From positions 6,432,889 through 6,496,888 of the forward strand of contig OZ037772.1 of assembly GCA_964035545.1 (NCBI GenBank): a stretch of 64,000 nt of DNA. Reading direction: 5' to 3'. Below, piece by piece: positions 51,701-62,294 of this stretch. Position 1 is the stretch's first letter, and each line of letters opens with the position of its first letter. The notes under the pieces are model-generated. The model saw nothing but the letters and a program-made list of their open reading frames with translations, was not told where the DNA came from and searched no databases. The position numbers and the translations under genes are program-made. Origin of the DNA: Bugula neritina. Taxonomy: Eukaryota; Animalia; Bryozoa.

Positions 51701-54658
51701 AGATTGTTCAGTTCTCTTGCTAAAATATCTAATGTGTTTTTGAAAGTTTTGCTTGCTAGCAATCTAGAGATATAAAAAAGGTCAGCAAGTATTTGAAACT
51801 GTAAACCTTGACGCAGCTTCATCAAAGCCAATAAAAGTTTATCTTGTCTTGTTAACTTTTTTCTGAGAGTGAGAACCTTTATCTTCAGACATATAAATCT
51901 AAATATAGAAAATAAAGAATGAAAATTAAATTATGATTCAAATTATAATGTATGCGCTAAATAAATTTTGGGCTTAGTTTGTATTCATTCAGCAGTTTTT
52001 ACCCTCTGGTAAGTAGCTTCAGTTATATTTTGCAACAACTATGAAGTTCAAGAACTGCTAGCTGAAGGCTTGACCCAATATATCACCATCCAAACAGAAT
52101 GTAATGTGTGTCAACATGTGTTACATAATATTGTAACAGTACATGGTAAGCTAGATGTATGAATACATGCTTTGAATTAAGTTGAGTTTAAACAAATAGT
52201 GTTGACAAACAATTATTACTTAATTTTATAATTATACTATAACTAATTCAAACCCATATTATTTCTAGAATAGCATTTAATAATGTTTGTGAATAAGTGA
52301 AACTAGTAACAAGTGTAAACCATTTTAGTTTTGAGCACTGAGTTAGTTTTCAGCTAAAAATTAGATTTGGAGGCCACTTTTGATAAGCTTTAAAATAAAC
52401 CAAGGAAAATTTAAGTCAAAACAATTTACTTTTCCTGGAGAAAGTGAGTCAATTTGTCCACAAATAAAAGACTGCTGCTTGTTTAAATAAAACCCTAAAC
52501 TAAATAAGTCAAAGCATACAGATGACCCCTGTGGTATTTATGAATATCTTACATAAAACAACATCTTTAATAAAAAATGTATGAATGATGTACTCACACT
52601 GCAACAAATTTAATTAAAATGACAGTTTTACTACACATCAAATTTAATCAATGTAGAAATTTTAGCATAGTGAGACTTGCATTGTTTATTTGTAATAAAC
52701 CATAGTCTATCTTTGCAATGAGAAAATTATAATTTTCACCTTGCTAAAAAATAGTATAGAGAACGTGTAGGTATTCCAGTATAGAATTTAGTTTGCTCAT
52801 CTGTAGTGGTGAAAGTTTTAAAAACTTTTACTTTTTCAATAGTTGCTTTTTGTTTAAACGTGGAACTTTTTAAGCCTTTTCTTCCAACTTTTGATTTTCG
52901 TCTATCAATAGAATGTGCAGATCTTTTTTTCTAAGTAGTTGATGATTCTGGTAACTCAGTTACTTCTGATAAAGTCTGACTATGAGGATGGCTGTCAGAT
53001 GAGTTCTGTTGCTCTATATCAGCTGACTCTGTTGATAACGTTTTCTGTTTGCTTCCTTCACATGTTTCATTAAAACCACTGTTTTTTGTGCGTCTTACAT
53101 TATATGCTTTAGTGCGTTGGTAACCCAAATGAAAGGTTGGAGTTGGATTTTGCTCAGTGGGCTGACCATCCTTATGATTATGATAGTCTGCTATGCTCTC
53201 TGTAATCTACAGCCACCATTGGTGACTGATGAAATTTAGAATTTGAAGTAAAAATGTGTTATTTTTACCTGTGCCATTATATAGAAATTTAAATCTAGCT
53301 TTTATATAATATTCTTGTAATTTTTCATTATAGCAAGAACTAAATTACATTGTTTTCACACTAATATTTCATATATTTATAGTTTATTTGAAAGCTTACG
53401 TTGTGGATGTTGACTGCTATAGAAACTGACTACTATTTTCAAAATTTAAAAGGAAAACAAGTTCCTGGTGCAGAAGTGGCAGAATATGTAATACAATTTT
53501 TTTCAAATTGAAAGTAAGAAATGGGGTCATTTCAGCATTCATAAGCTGCACATAATAGCTTATGTGTATATTTATACGGTGTGGACTTGCTATTACTGCG
53601 AGCAACAATATTACCAGCATGGGTGGTTGATTTAACCTCTTAGTAGTTCCCATGGCTTACATACAATAAAATTCTAGTTGAATAGAATATTTACTATTGT
53701 AAAGTACAAAACAAATGACCAGAATATTTCATTTGTTAAACAGAAATTTTGTAATACTACTGTGGATTGGCTACTGTACATTAGCTAGATGTAGGCGGAG
53801 TTTACACTACCCAGCCATCCAGATGCATATACTAAAGGGCCATTCAAAAACCAGCCAATCGAAGTCATGTACCAAATTCACAGATGTTTACTGCAAGCTT
53901 CCAATGCTAAACAATAACCCATTCAAGCTGCAACAACAAATAACTACTAAGCTGGCAGTTATGTAATAATTGGCCTTAAGTTGCAAAAGTGTACCAGGTC
54001 ATTTTTCTAGACATGCAATTTTTAATTGCGTTTTATAAACACTTAATTTAGACATTTTGAAAAATCATTTCAAGAGTCATCAATTTAAGATATGAAATTA
54101 AATAATGCATGAAAAAAAGTTGCACAACTAGCTTTTAGAAGCATGCATCTTGCAATTGAACTTGCAGAATTTTATATCGGTTACAATGGTAAGACATTGA
54201 CCTGGTACACTTCGCTGATTGGCTGAGTTTTACATGGTCTATTACGCTACAGGGGCTTCAGGATTCCAAACAACAAATGGTTTCCATAATGTATAATGTA
54301 GAGCAAACTATTTAACTGTAACACTAGTAACTATCACAAGAATGACAAAATCTATATAAACTTGAGTTGCCTAGTTGAATCAAGATTATAGAGAGTGGAA
54401 ATTGTTTAAGTGAGAAATTTAGCTCAGCTTCCATCTGGGCTGATATCAAATATTTAACTATAACACTAGTAACTATGATAAGAATAAGAAAATATATATA
54501 AACTTGATATGCAAGTTGAATCGAGTAGAAATCTTACCTGAATTATTAGAGTGACTGCAGGTAATGATTGTCTGACCAGGAGGTGTGCAGTCTGTCATGA
54601 GAACAGGTGAGATATTATAGAATACTACTACCAGTAATACAATAGCAATATATGTCAT
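30713..54658 (-). CDS. IL-17 receptor-like / SEFIR-domain type I membrane protein, long paralogue (913 aa); exons 54658-54538, 44233-44093, 43948-43890, 43176-42969, 41936-41722, 40740-40675, 40367-40268, 39491-39328, 38691-38590, 37795-37678, 36756-36607, 35852-35702, 35284-35104, 34764-34666, 34156-34055, 33689-33635, 32834-32781, 32456-32138, 31515-31460, 30993-30713
   Basis: 20 phase-compatible GT-AG exons (2742 nt). Signal peptide; D1 resembles IL-17RA D1 (CTPPG...C...C, GVTVTWKPP, KGYIFKL, ECRFYNV, NFTF...DKEYRVEITTIP); two more FN3-like units (DLHPGMYRLDVTPYY...CPRNFC; ILITFWVAP...QYDIIV); TM GIVIGVCTAGVVLLLVFTILLVI; SEFIR-like RPKVCLAYVSE...CDVITY...YVLVMYS...AVFDH...FALPSHIKQL. Confidence 0.85.
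31564..31799 (+). mobile_element. 5'-truncated RTE-clade LINE 3' end with 12-bp TSD
   Basis: Translates EDIRRVHEMKVAGKRNRGRPKHRWQDTIRK...EEDAQNRVRWRSLI, typical of RTE C-termini. ATATCGTATTAT at 31552-31563 and 31800-31811. The tail AGAGATAGGTGAGAA recurs at ~15197 and ~27112. Confidence 0.85.
33130..33300 (+). mobile_element. tRNA-derived SINE copy (internally deleted)
   Basis: Core aggccattggtgatgttaggaagagcatccagtcataattgctcctgtgcc. Confidence 0.8.
34203..34640. repeat. 22/18-bp minisatellite (GTGTTGACACATACATACAGTA)
   Basis: Fills most of the intron between exons 34764-34666 and 34156-34055. Confidence 0.95.
34805..35013 (+). mobile_element. tRNA-derived SINE copy, full length
   Basis: agggagcagccatggtctagtggttaga...ggatcgaaccc...ctataaacttgcgtgagt. 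Confidence 0.9.
35297..35645. repeat. 16-bp minisatellite (CTCACAGTTACAGTAA)
   Basis: Directly visible, intronic. Confidence 0.95.
36210..36590. repeat. Two adjacent degenerate tandem arrays (~22-bp TTAGTAGCTGACCT...; ~31-bp AAAGCTCAGCCAATTAAATGCA...)
   Basis: Visible imperfect repeats just 3' of the TM exon. Confidence 0.75.
38090..38240. repeat. 36-bp tandem repeat (ATACTCTATAATTTACGCTAGATCATATAGCAT-like)
   Basis: Three to four copies visible. Confidence 0.8.
38782..38969 (+). mobile_element. tRNA-derived SINE copy (diverged)
   Basis: agggagcagc...ggtgatgttaggaaaggcatcc...aattgctcctgtg...ctcacagggatggcga. Confidence 0.8.
39720..40045. repeat. 19-bp minisatellite (TGGTTAGTAACTGAGTGAG)
   Basis: About 16 copies. 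Confidence 0.95.
41026..41438. mobile_element. Tourist/Harbinger-like MITE (413 bp) nested in a SINE spanning 41001-41632
   Basis: TIR AGTTGCGTTTATACC / GGCATAAACGCAACT; TTA duplicated at 41023-41025 and 41439-41441. Removing it restores the SINE head. Confidence 0.85.
45925..46106 (-). mobile_element. tRNA-derived SINE copy
   Basis: Reverse complement of the family core. Confidence 0.85.
50714..50765 (-). repeat. tRNA-like (SINE head or tRNA pseudogene) sequence interrupted by the transposon; remainder at 54243-54256
   Basis: The reconstructed empty site reads GCCCCTGTAGCGTAATTGGTTAGCGTG...ATTCGAATCCCAGTGGGGGCA on minus, with A- and B-box-like motifs. Confidence 0.65.
50766..54240 (-). mobile_element. 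Fold-back, decayed ISL2EU/PIF-Harbinger-type DNA transposon with ~870-bp inverted arms and AT TSD
   Basis: Arms 50766-51637 and 53370-54240 are near-perfect reverse complements. AT flanks both ends. Minus-strand relics: THAP C-terminal-like DGQPTEQNPTPTFHLGY (~53120-53170), DEQTKFYTGIP (~52770-52802), and HTH_Tnp_4-like QDKLLLALMKLRQGLQFQILADLFYIS...LIVFPTRE (~51640-51850). Confidence 0.85.
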
Positions 54659-55899
54659 AGTACCGATGCTCAGGGTATATTCTACCGTCTACAGGAATAA
54701 CACTCAAAGAAAGTGCTTGTCGCTAAAGATAAATACCTACAAAGAACAGCAACACATTAAATTAAATAAAAGTGTAAAAATATAATATTATTTTAAGTAA
54801 AGACAATAAAAAAGTATAAATTAAATAATAAAACAAACTACAATTGGAATGAATGAAACATATTTCATTGCTTAAAGGTATCAATTATGCTCGGGTAAAA
54901 TATTTGTCTTTTAAGAAAAAAATTATTAAACACAAAAAAAAAAGAAAACAAAATGCTAGTTTTAAAATGAAATTCCTTTCTAAGCAAAGACTATAAAGCT
55001 TAAAACCGACCACCATTGAACAAATATAAAAACATTTCATCGCTATCAAGTACCCTGCTACATTTAAACGCTTACTTGTAAGTCGAATAAATGCAAACGT
55101 CTATTCCCAGAGCCACTTCTCTCTTTGCGTTCATTATCTTAAATTAAACATTTAAACTAGAGTTGCAAACAAATAATGAGTATTAAAAGGAAGTGAAGAG
55201 CATCAAGGGTCCTATAGTTCAACAAAGCAAATCATGGGGCAGAAAACTCCTTGCTGTATAATATTAACTTCTGTAGTTCACTTGTATCTATTTGATAGTA
55301 CATAATATTGATTGAAATACACCCTCCCCCTTACACCCTCAAAGACTTAGAGGCTTCACTAGAAACCTTTTTTTAAATAAATCATTGTAGCATTGTAGAA
55401 CCTACTTGAGGTAACTTTTGCTTTTCTATGATGCAATTTAAATTCTCACTAACTTACTTGCAAATAAATAGGTAATGCCATTTTTTACATTTAAAATTAC
55501 ATTTTTACTCAAAACTAATTCAACAGTGAAGGCAACCCTAAGCTAAACTACTTATTCACAATTACTCAATATGAAGGTCCTTTCAATTACTGTCTTGTTA
55601 AGCAATGAAAGTACTGTTAAACTAAGTAATTAATAAACATCATAGCCTAATTTTAGGTCTGTTAATGATTAGTAAAAATCTATAGTTCAAACTAAAACCA
55701 CTAGATAATATCAAAAAATTGCTTTTAAAAACAATTGAAAAGCAAATTCCTAAATAAAATATGGATATTAATAATTATTTTAATTTGAGATTTCATCATA
55801 CCATCTTCAAAATAAGATTCAAGATTGAAAACTAGGATGAACTTAACCTTTTCACCGTTAATGGAATTATTATGACAAAAATGATCATTAAGACAACAA

Positions 55900-58200
55900 T
55901 AATTGTTAGCTTCAGTATTAGACTGGCGTTAAATATGAGCATCAGTATTACTATCACTATGAAATTAAATTTGATAGTTGACAGGATAGTCAAGATCTCA
56001 TGACTATCACGATAACTATGACTATTAGTACCAACATGACCATTAGTTTGACTGCCTATATAATACTATAACTATAAGTAAAAGTAACCGCAATCAGTAA
56101 TGACAAACAAAAGTAAAATTTAAATTAAACATAAATTATTCTAAATATCAAGTTTAAAACTAGCAGTAACTGTCTAATAAGTGATAATTTATACTTAGTC
56201 TTACAGTGTTACTAATAGCAATTATTACTTTAATAGTAATATCAATAGTAATAGTATTACAATTAGTAACACAAAAAGTAATAGCTAATAAAAATTAGGT
56301 AATAATAACATTTGTAGTATTAGCATTTATTAATAGTGAAATAACTAATAACTATAAGTAAAACAGTACAAATATTAATAGTAATAATACTATTTAGATT
56401 GTTAGTATTAGGCTTACTTATTCTTATACTGACAATAACACCGATACTAGCAACACTATTACTATTAGTAGTAGTATTAGTAATACTAATACTACTACTA
56501 ATACCTATACTAATACCAATAGTATTGGTCTTACAAAAGTTGCTACTAATAGCAAAACTAAGGCAATAGTTATACTAATACAATAGCTATACTAATACAA
56601 TAGTTATACTAATACCAATTTACCTTTGAATACTTTTGAAGATATATAACACTTGGAAACACTCAAGGTTATAGAAGTGCCTCATTTTTGTACAGTGTGC
56701 ACTAAAGGTTAGGTGGTAATTGTGTTGATTTCTTTTTTATTCATTTTATAATATTGGTCTTACTGACATTAATAGTAATAGTAATACTAATAGGCAATAG
56801 TTACAATAATAGTAACACTTACAGACATAGACATAGCAATAGAAACTCACATTTGTTTATTGAATAGAGAGAGGTTGAGCTGTTCACCTGGTAAACTTAG
56901 CTTAAAGTTAAAATGTTAAACATGATGATTATAATTTTAATATACTAATAACAAAAATAATACAACTAAATTAAAATAGTTTACAAGTATCACTTTTCAG
57001 TTTTTATTAATATTATCATTAGCAGTATTATTAATACATGTATTAGTTTGAATTTATACTCATAAATAATCAATTTACTATAAGTGTATGACTATAAATA
57101 TAACTATAAGTATATATCAATATGAATATGAAAAACTTGAATGGCTGATACTGACTGATTTATCATTATAATTATATTCAATTTCAGCATTTCATAGTTA
57201 TTGTAATAAAATTAATAACTGCAATAATTTATTAATATCATAATAACATAAACTAAAACTATATTATTATTATAACGTCAAATTTATATAAATATTAATA
57301 ATTATAATCAAAATGTTGTAATAATAACCATAAATTAACATCTAACAGAAAATTTCAAAAACACTATCATACTGACTATCAATTAAATTCAATATTAATA
57401 TTATTATTTATTAGTATTAGTATTACTATCACTATCAGTATTACTGATAGTGATAGTAATACTAATAGTAACTTATTAGTTATTATGCTAAATAAGTTAC
57501 TAATACTTAGAGATAATCTTATTAATATTAAAATACAATGATCCATTTTAATTTCAATTGTAATCATTATGATTACCAATCATTGTGATTTGACAGTCAT
57601 TATGATTATCAATATGAATATGAATATCTGTCATAATCATTGTGATTAAACTTAACTTTAAGTTAATGACTTAATTCATTACATTTACTCATACTCATAC
57701 TCATAGTGATAGTCATACTCATACTGATACTCATAGTCATACTCATAGTCATACTTCTAGTGCTACAAGTACAGGTATTAAATTTAATATACTATAACTA
57801 TAAGTATAAGTATAACTAATAACTATTACTATATTAATAATAATATTGTCATTAGTATTTCTAGATTAAGTGATTACTTAATAAATTACTATTAATATTA
57901 AAATATTAATATGTATTAAGTATAACTATAAGTATAACTAATAACTATCAACATTTATATTACATTATGATTATGGTTAGAGTTAGTTTTCCCATTGCCG
58001 TTGCGACAACGTTTCAGTTTCACTTTAGCCTAGGGCGACACTGATGTGATAAACAAAAATTTAATTAGCATTAACTACAATACGAATATGAATATTTTTA
58101 CGTTACAGTTTTCTTATCACTTGTGTTAATTTTAATTTACTAGTAGTATTATGATAACAGTTACGATAATAATTTTAGTAACTATAGAGAGTTCACAACG
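55900..58200. repeat. Extremely AT-rich low-complexity region (degenerate TAA/TAG/ACT triplet repeats)
   Basis: Visible composition, e.g. (ACTAAT)n, (CATACT)n, (ATTAGT)n. Confidence 0.8.
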
Positions 58201-59586
58201 CTTTCAAATACCTTTTACTTTTAGAGTTCGTGCCAACGCAAATGGATAATCATTACAACCGAATGCTTATAACATGAATAGAACTTTTCCTGGTACTCAA
58301 ATTTTTCCGTGTATAACCTTCGCGATTTATCATTCAGGTAGAAGACAACTCCGATTCAGCTTGAAGATTTTCGATAAAGTCCATACTATCATTTGCATTA
58401 CGTATAGGTCCAAGCTATATTGCAGTAGAACAAGCGCTGCAGTCTAAATTTGCAAAACTCACACATTACACCAGGTAAAAAAGTTCAACAGAAGTGGAAG
58501 TAGTAATTTTCAAATAACATAGTTATATTAGTTAAGTTCAACGTTAATTTTTTATTTTTCAATTCAATGATTTTAAATTTATTTAATTAGCCTAATATGT
58601 TAGTCAAATACGCAATCAGCATGCACCTGTTCACACCATATAATTAGGAGCTGTAGATTGCATTTATGTATTGCCTGGTAAAATTGCGGGTCCATGTTTA
58701 TCAAAATGAACATCTATAAATTAATAGAAAATACTAATCAGACGCATGATTATATTATTATTTGTATAGAAATGCCTATTATAATAGTCTACTGGAATTT
58801 AAAATCACAAATTTTGTGACCCCTAATGTTAAAATAATTGGTGTTTTGACTTATGATAATAACAATCTTTACATGCAAATAATGCTACAAGTTTCAGTAA
58901 TTTAGGGCCAGTTTAAGTGTACCAACAACAAACAAAATTTGTCAAGAACAGCATTAATTATACTGTATATATGCTTGTGGTAATTCATTACATGCAGAGC
59001 TTGAATCTAGAATTATTTGCGCCGCCACGAAGAAAAAGAACGTTTGAATCCTGCTGATATAATATACTGTGACTGACAAATGAACTTTCTTCAAATATAG
59101 GTGACCTTGCTCAAAGGCTTGGTGCGATGTAAATAGATGATATCAGCAAAACGATTTCAGTAAATTATTATATATATATTATAACGTATTATTTCAAAAA
59201 TAGTATGCATGTCAATAATTACAGAACTAACGAATACAATTAACAATTTGAATTGCAAATCATTTTTCCCCAATACATTGTTTTACTTTACTTTTGAGCG
59301 ATATATGATCAATGAAGACTTGAAGACATAATTTTAGAAATTTTGTATATGTGTGCAACATAATATATAATAAAATCTATAAATCATTGAAATATGACTT
59401 TTGAACTAATTTTAGATCTCTGTTTAAAAATAGTATTGCTTACTTTCATAAATTTGACAAATAAACAAACAGTCTAGCTGATGTAGGTGATAAAACTGTG
59501 ATGAAACGCAGGCCTTTTAGTGTATTCAAAATTGACTAATGCCATTGGAATTTAAAAATATTAGTTTTCTAATTGAGTCCTGAAAA

Positions 59587-62294
59587 TTAGCTCTGGGCTG
59601 GTTCATAAATTCCGTGTTGATATTTGGGACCTCTACGTGGTACTCGGTCAGATTCATAGTTCTTAAAGGATGCACCTTTGTTCCCTCTTGTCCTGAAAGA
59701 CTCTATATGAGGCTTGGCCTGAAATTGGAAAAAATAACGTAGTTGTATGACAAATTAGACAAGTTACCTTGAAATTATGCTATTCTTGCCATTATCCAAT
59801 ACAATAATCTTATAAATATTACATAAAGGTATATTTGTCTTTGTTTGTGACAAAAAAATGTCTAAATGCTTAGCAACAGATGAAATCACGAAGCTGCTAT
59901 AAGGCATTTCAGACAGGCCTTTTGAAGTTTATACAAACAATTGAAAAGGCAATCTTGTGAAATTGAAATACTTATCAATATGATTTTTAGCAGTCATGTC
60001 TGCACTCAGATAAATTAAAATCAATCACAAATCAACGTTTCACGCAATAGCTGCCAAATACAGCTATGACCAAGTAACAAAAAGATTATTACTGCACTTT
60101 ATGAAGCTAAATACTGCATGAGTTAATTGAATGGGTTTAACGGAATTACAGCCTTTGAAATTCATTTCATATAATCAGTTTTCGATTTCCTAATTTTGAT
60201 GAAATTGTGATTGGATAATTAAATTAACCATTAGCTGCATAAAGAGTGAGTGCATTCAACTTTAATTTCTAAACATAACATTTGATTGGCCGGTTTAATT
60301 GCAAATGCCTCTCAAAATTAATACAATAATGTGGTTTGAATAACTGAAAAAGAGACAGTATAGAAGTTTACATAGCATAATATGATGGTTTATGAAAAAT
60401 ATTTACAAAGCTTTAATATAGACTGTATTTTTGGCAAATTGGTTATTTATGTGCTCTACCCATTATGATTTCAACGAATTTTATATAAACATTTAGTTAT
60501 TGAGTATTTAGAAGTGATAAATTGCTGTACACACACAAGGTACTTAAGTTGACCTAGATACTAACATTTTTAGAGAATTTGGGCATGGTCCAAAGAGGTT
60601 GGGGCTCAACAGGGTCCTGATGCATACGCAACACCATAGTTCTGTTTACGGCAAAATTTCCTCGTTTAAACTCCGCCTTTACTTGCTCCTCTTGCTTCCT
60701 GTTACGAGTTTGTTGAGCGCATCTCTCTTCTATCCACCGATCTTGGTATTTGTGCTCGATTAATTCGTATATGGGCGTTGACGGTCTACAATATATTCTA
60801 ATTTATTTAAATGAATGCATATACTATATATTTATATACCATATTTTAGCCAGTTGCAGAAAACTGCAAACATAATTAGCGTACTTTGCATAAAGATTAA
60901 CATAATTTCCTTGTCCACAAAATATCTTTCTAGTTTATAACTTTACATTGTAAATTTCCCCATAGCTTTTTACACAAATTTGTCATGATTTTGTAATTTT
61001 TTGTTAATTTTACTAACCGAGTCGCAACGCCGTAAACTGTTGATGGTGGTAGCCTCTTTTTGGTTCTATTATCCTGTCTCATCTTTTCCCTTTTCGCGTC
61101 TTCTGTTAGCCTCCGAATATCATGTGTTGCACGATAACTACAATAAAATGAGCATACAACTTCTAAATAGCTGATGACTAATATTTTTGCTTATTTCCTG
61201 CCTCCAACCTCGAAGAAATCCCATGCTATTAGAACTGGAGTAAACTAGGCAATGTCCCTCGCACACATGCATAACATTTTCAAGGGTTTCAAGGGAAAGA
61301 CATACATATGTCTGAATAGCTTTCACGACCTCACTAATACCAAAATTTGAGCTCATGACCTTTCACACAACATGTCATCCTGAACCTTAATGCTTCAACT
61401 ATAATCAACCACATGGTCAGACTAAATGAAACATAATATATATCTTAGTTACAGCAACAGGAATTATGAAGAGCTGTGATATGGTATTAATAACAAAATA
61501 TAATTCAAGCTTAAATAGATAGACTTTTTTAACCTACAAAAATGTAGAACATTTGCTGCAAAACTGAAGAAATCTGGTTTTAGATATACTGAACAAGAAT
61601 TTTTTCAAAGCAATTGCTATAACATATAGTAATTGTCAAAATGGCTTGAAATCATACTCTATATTAGGGCTGTCCAACAGGCAGCTCAAAGGCCGGATGT
61701 GGCCCTCAGCCTAAATTTATGCATGTAGCCCTCTAAGGCATTGCAGACAAAATCACTTATAGTAAAATATCATATTTTTAATGTCGTATTTATATACATG
61801 CTACAAAACATGCAGCCTGTAGCAACTATTAAGACTCCATTGTGTAATTATTCATAGGATTTTGGAATAAAGTATGTTAAAAATTACTTATGCTGTGACT
61901 CCCAGCTAAAGCTAAAGTTTGCGATGTGGCCCTCGCCACCTGAATATTCTCTTTCAGTGGCCCTTGCTCTGAAAAGGTTAATGGACACCCTGCTCTATAC
62001 AAATACCTATACAAGCTGAGGTTAAAAAGCAACTTGTGTGCATCTAAACTAAAGCGATAACAATATTTTTCAACTTCAGCAGCATAGAAACTATATTGTA
62101 CGTACTGCTATACTATAACAAAGTAGACGTTGTAAAGTTAGTGGAGAGACTTAAAAAGCTGTACCTGTAGTTCTCGGGGGCCGTTACAAGACCACTCCCT
62201 AAGGCTGCTTTGTTAAGTGCCATAAAATCTCTCTCAGTTTCTAGTTTCTGTGTTTGCTGCAAGCCAGGTAAATTCACTCCCCAGTTGGCAAATG
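59587..62294 (-). CDS. CFAP77: Cilia- and flagella-associated protein 77, last four exons (62294-62165, 61137-61018, 60785-60566, 59718-59587); 5' exons not found in window
   Basis: Phase-compatible exons translate ERDFMALNKAALGSGLVTAPENYSYRATHDIR...LPPSTVYGVATRPSTPIYELIEHKYQDRW...PLWTMPKFSKNAKPHIESFRT...HGIYEPAQS*. This matches recalled CFAP77 motifs ([38 protein letters not shown], HLDTF). Confidence 0.9.
61665..61992. mobile_element. hAT-type MITE with 8-bp TSD in a CFAP77 intron
   Basis: Ends TAGGGCTGTCCA...TGGACACCCTG; flanks CTCTATAT (61657-61664) and CTCTATAC (61993-62000). A related end CAGGGGTGTCCAACCTTTTCAGA occurs at ~47705. Confidence 0.8.

Noticed and set aside
51041-53966. Identical ORF pairs 51041..51292 / 53715..53966 and 51354..51590 / 53417..53653 as duplicated genes
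   Set aside because: They follow from the inverted arms and have no recognisable protein features.
57379-57579. Hydrophobic Ile/Leu-rich ORF resembling a mitochondrial gene (NUMT)
   Set aside because: Product of degenerate AT-rich triplet repeats; no mitochondrial protein motifs seen.
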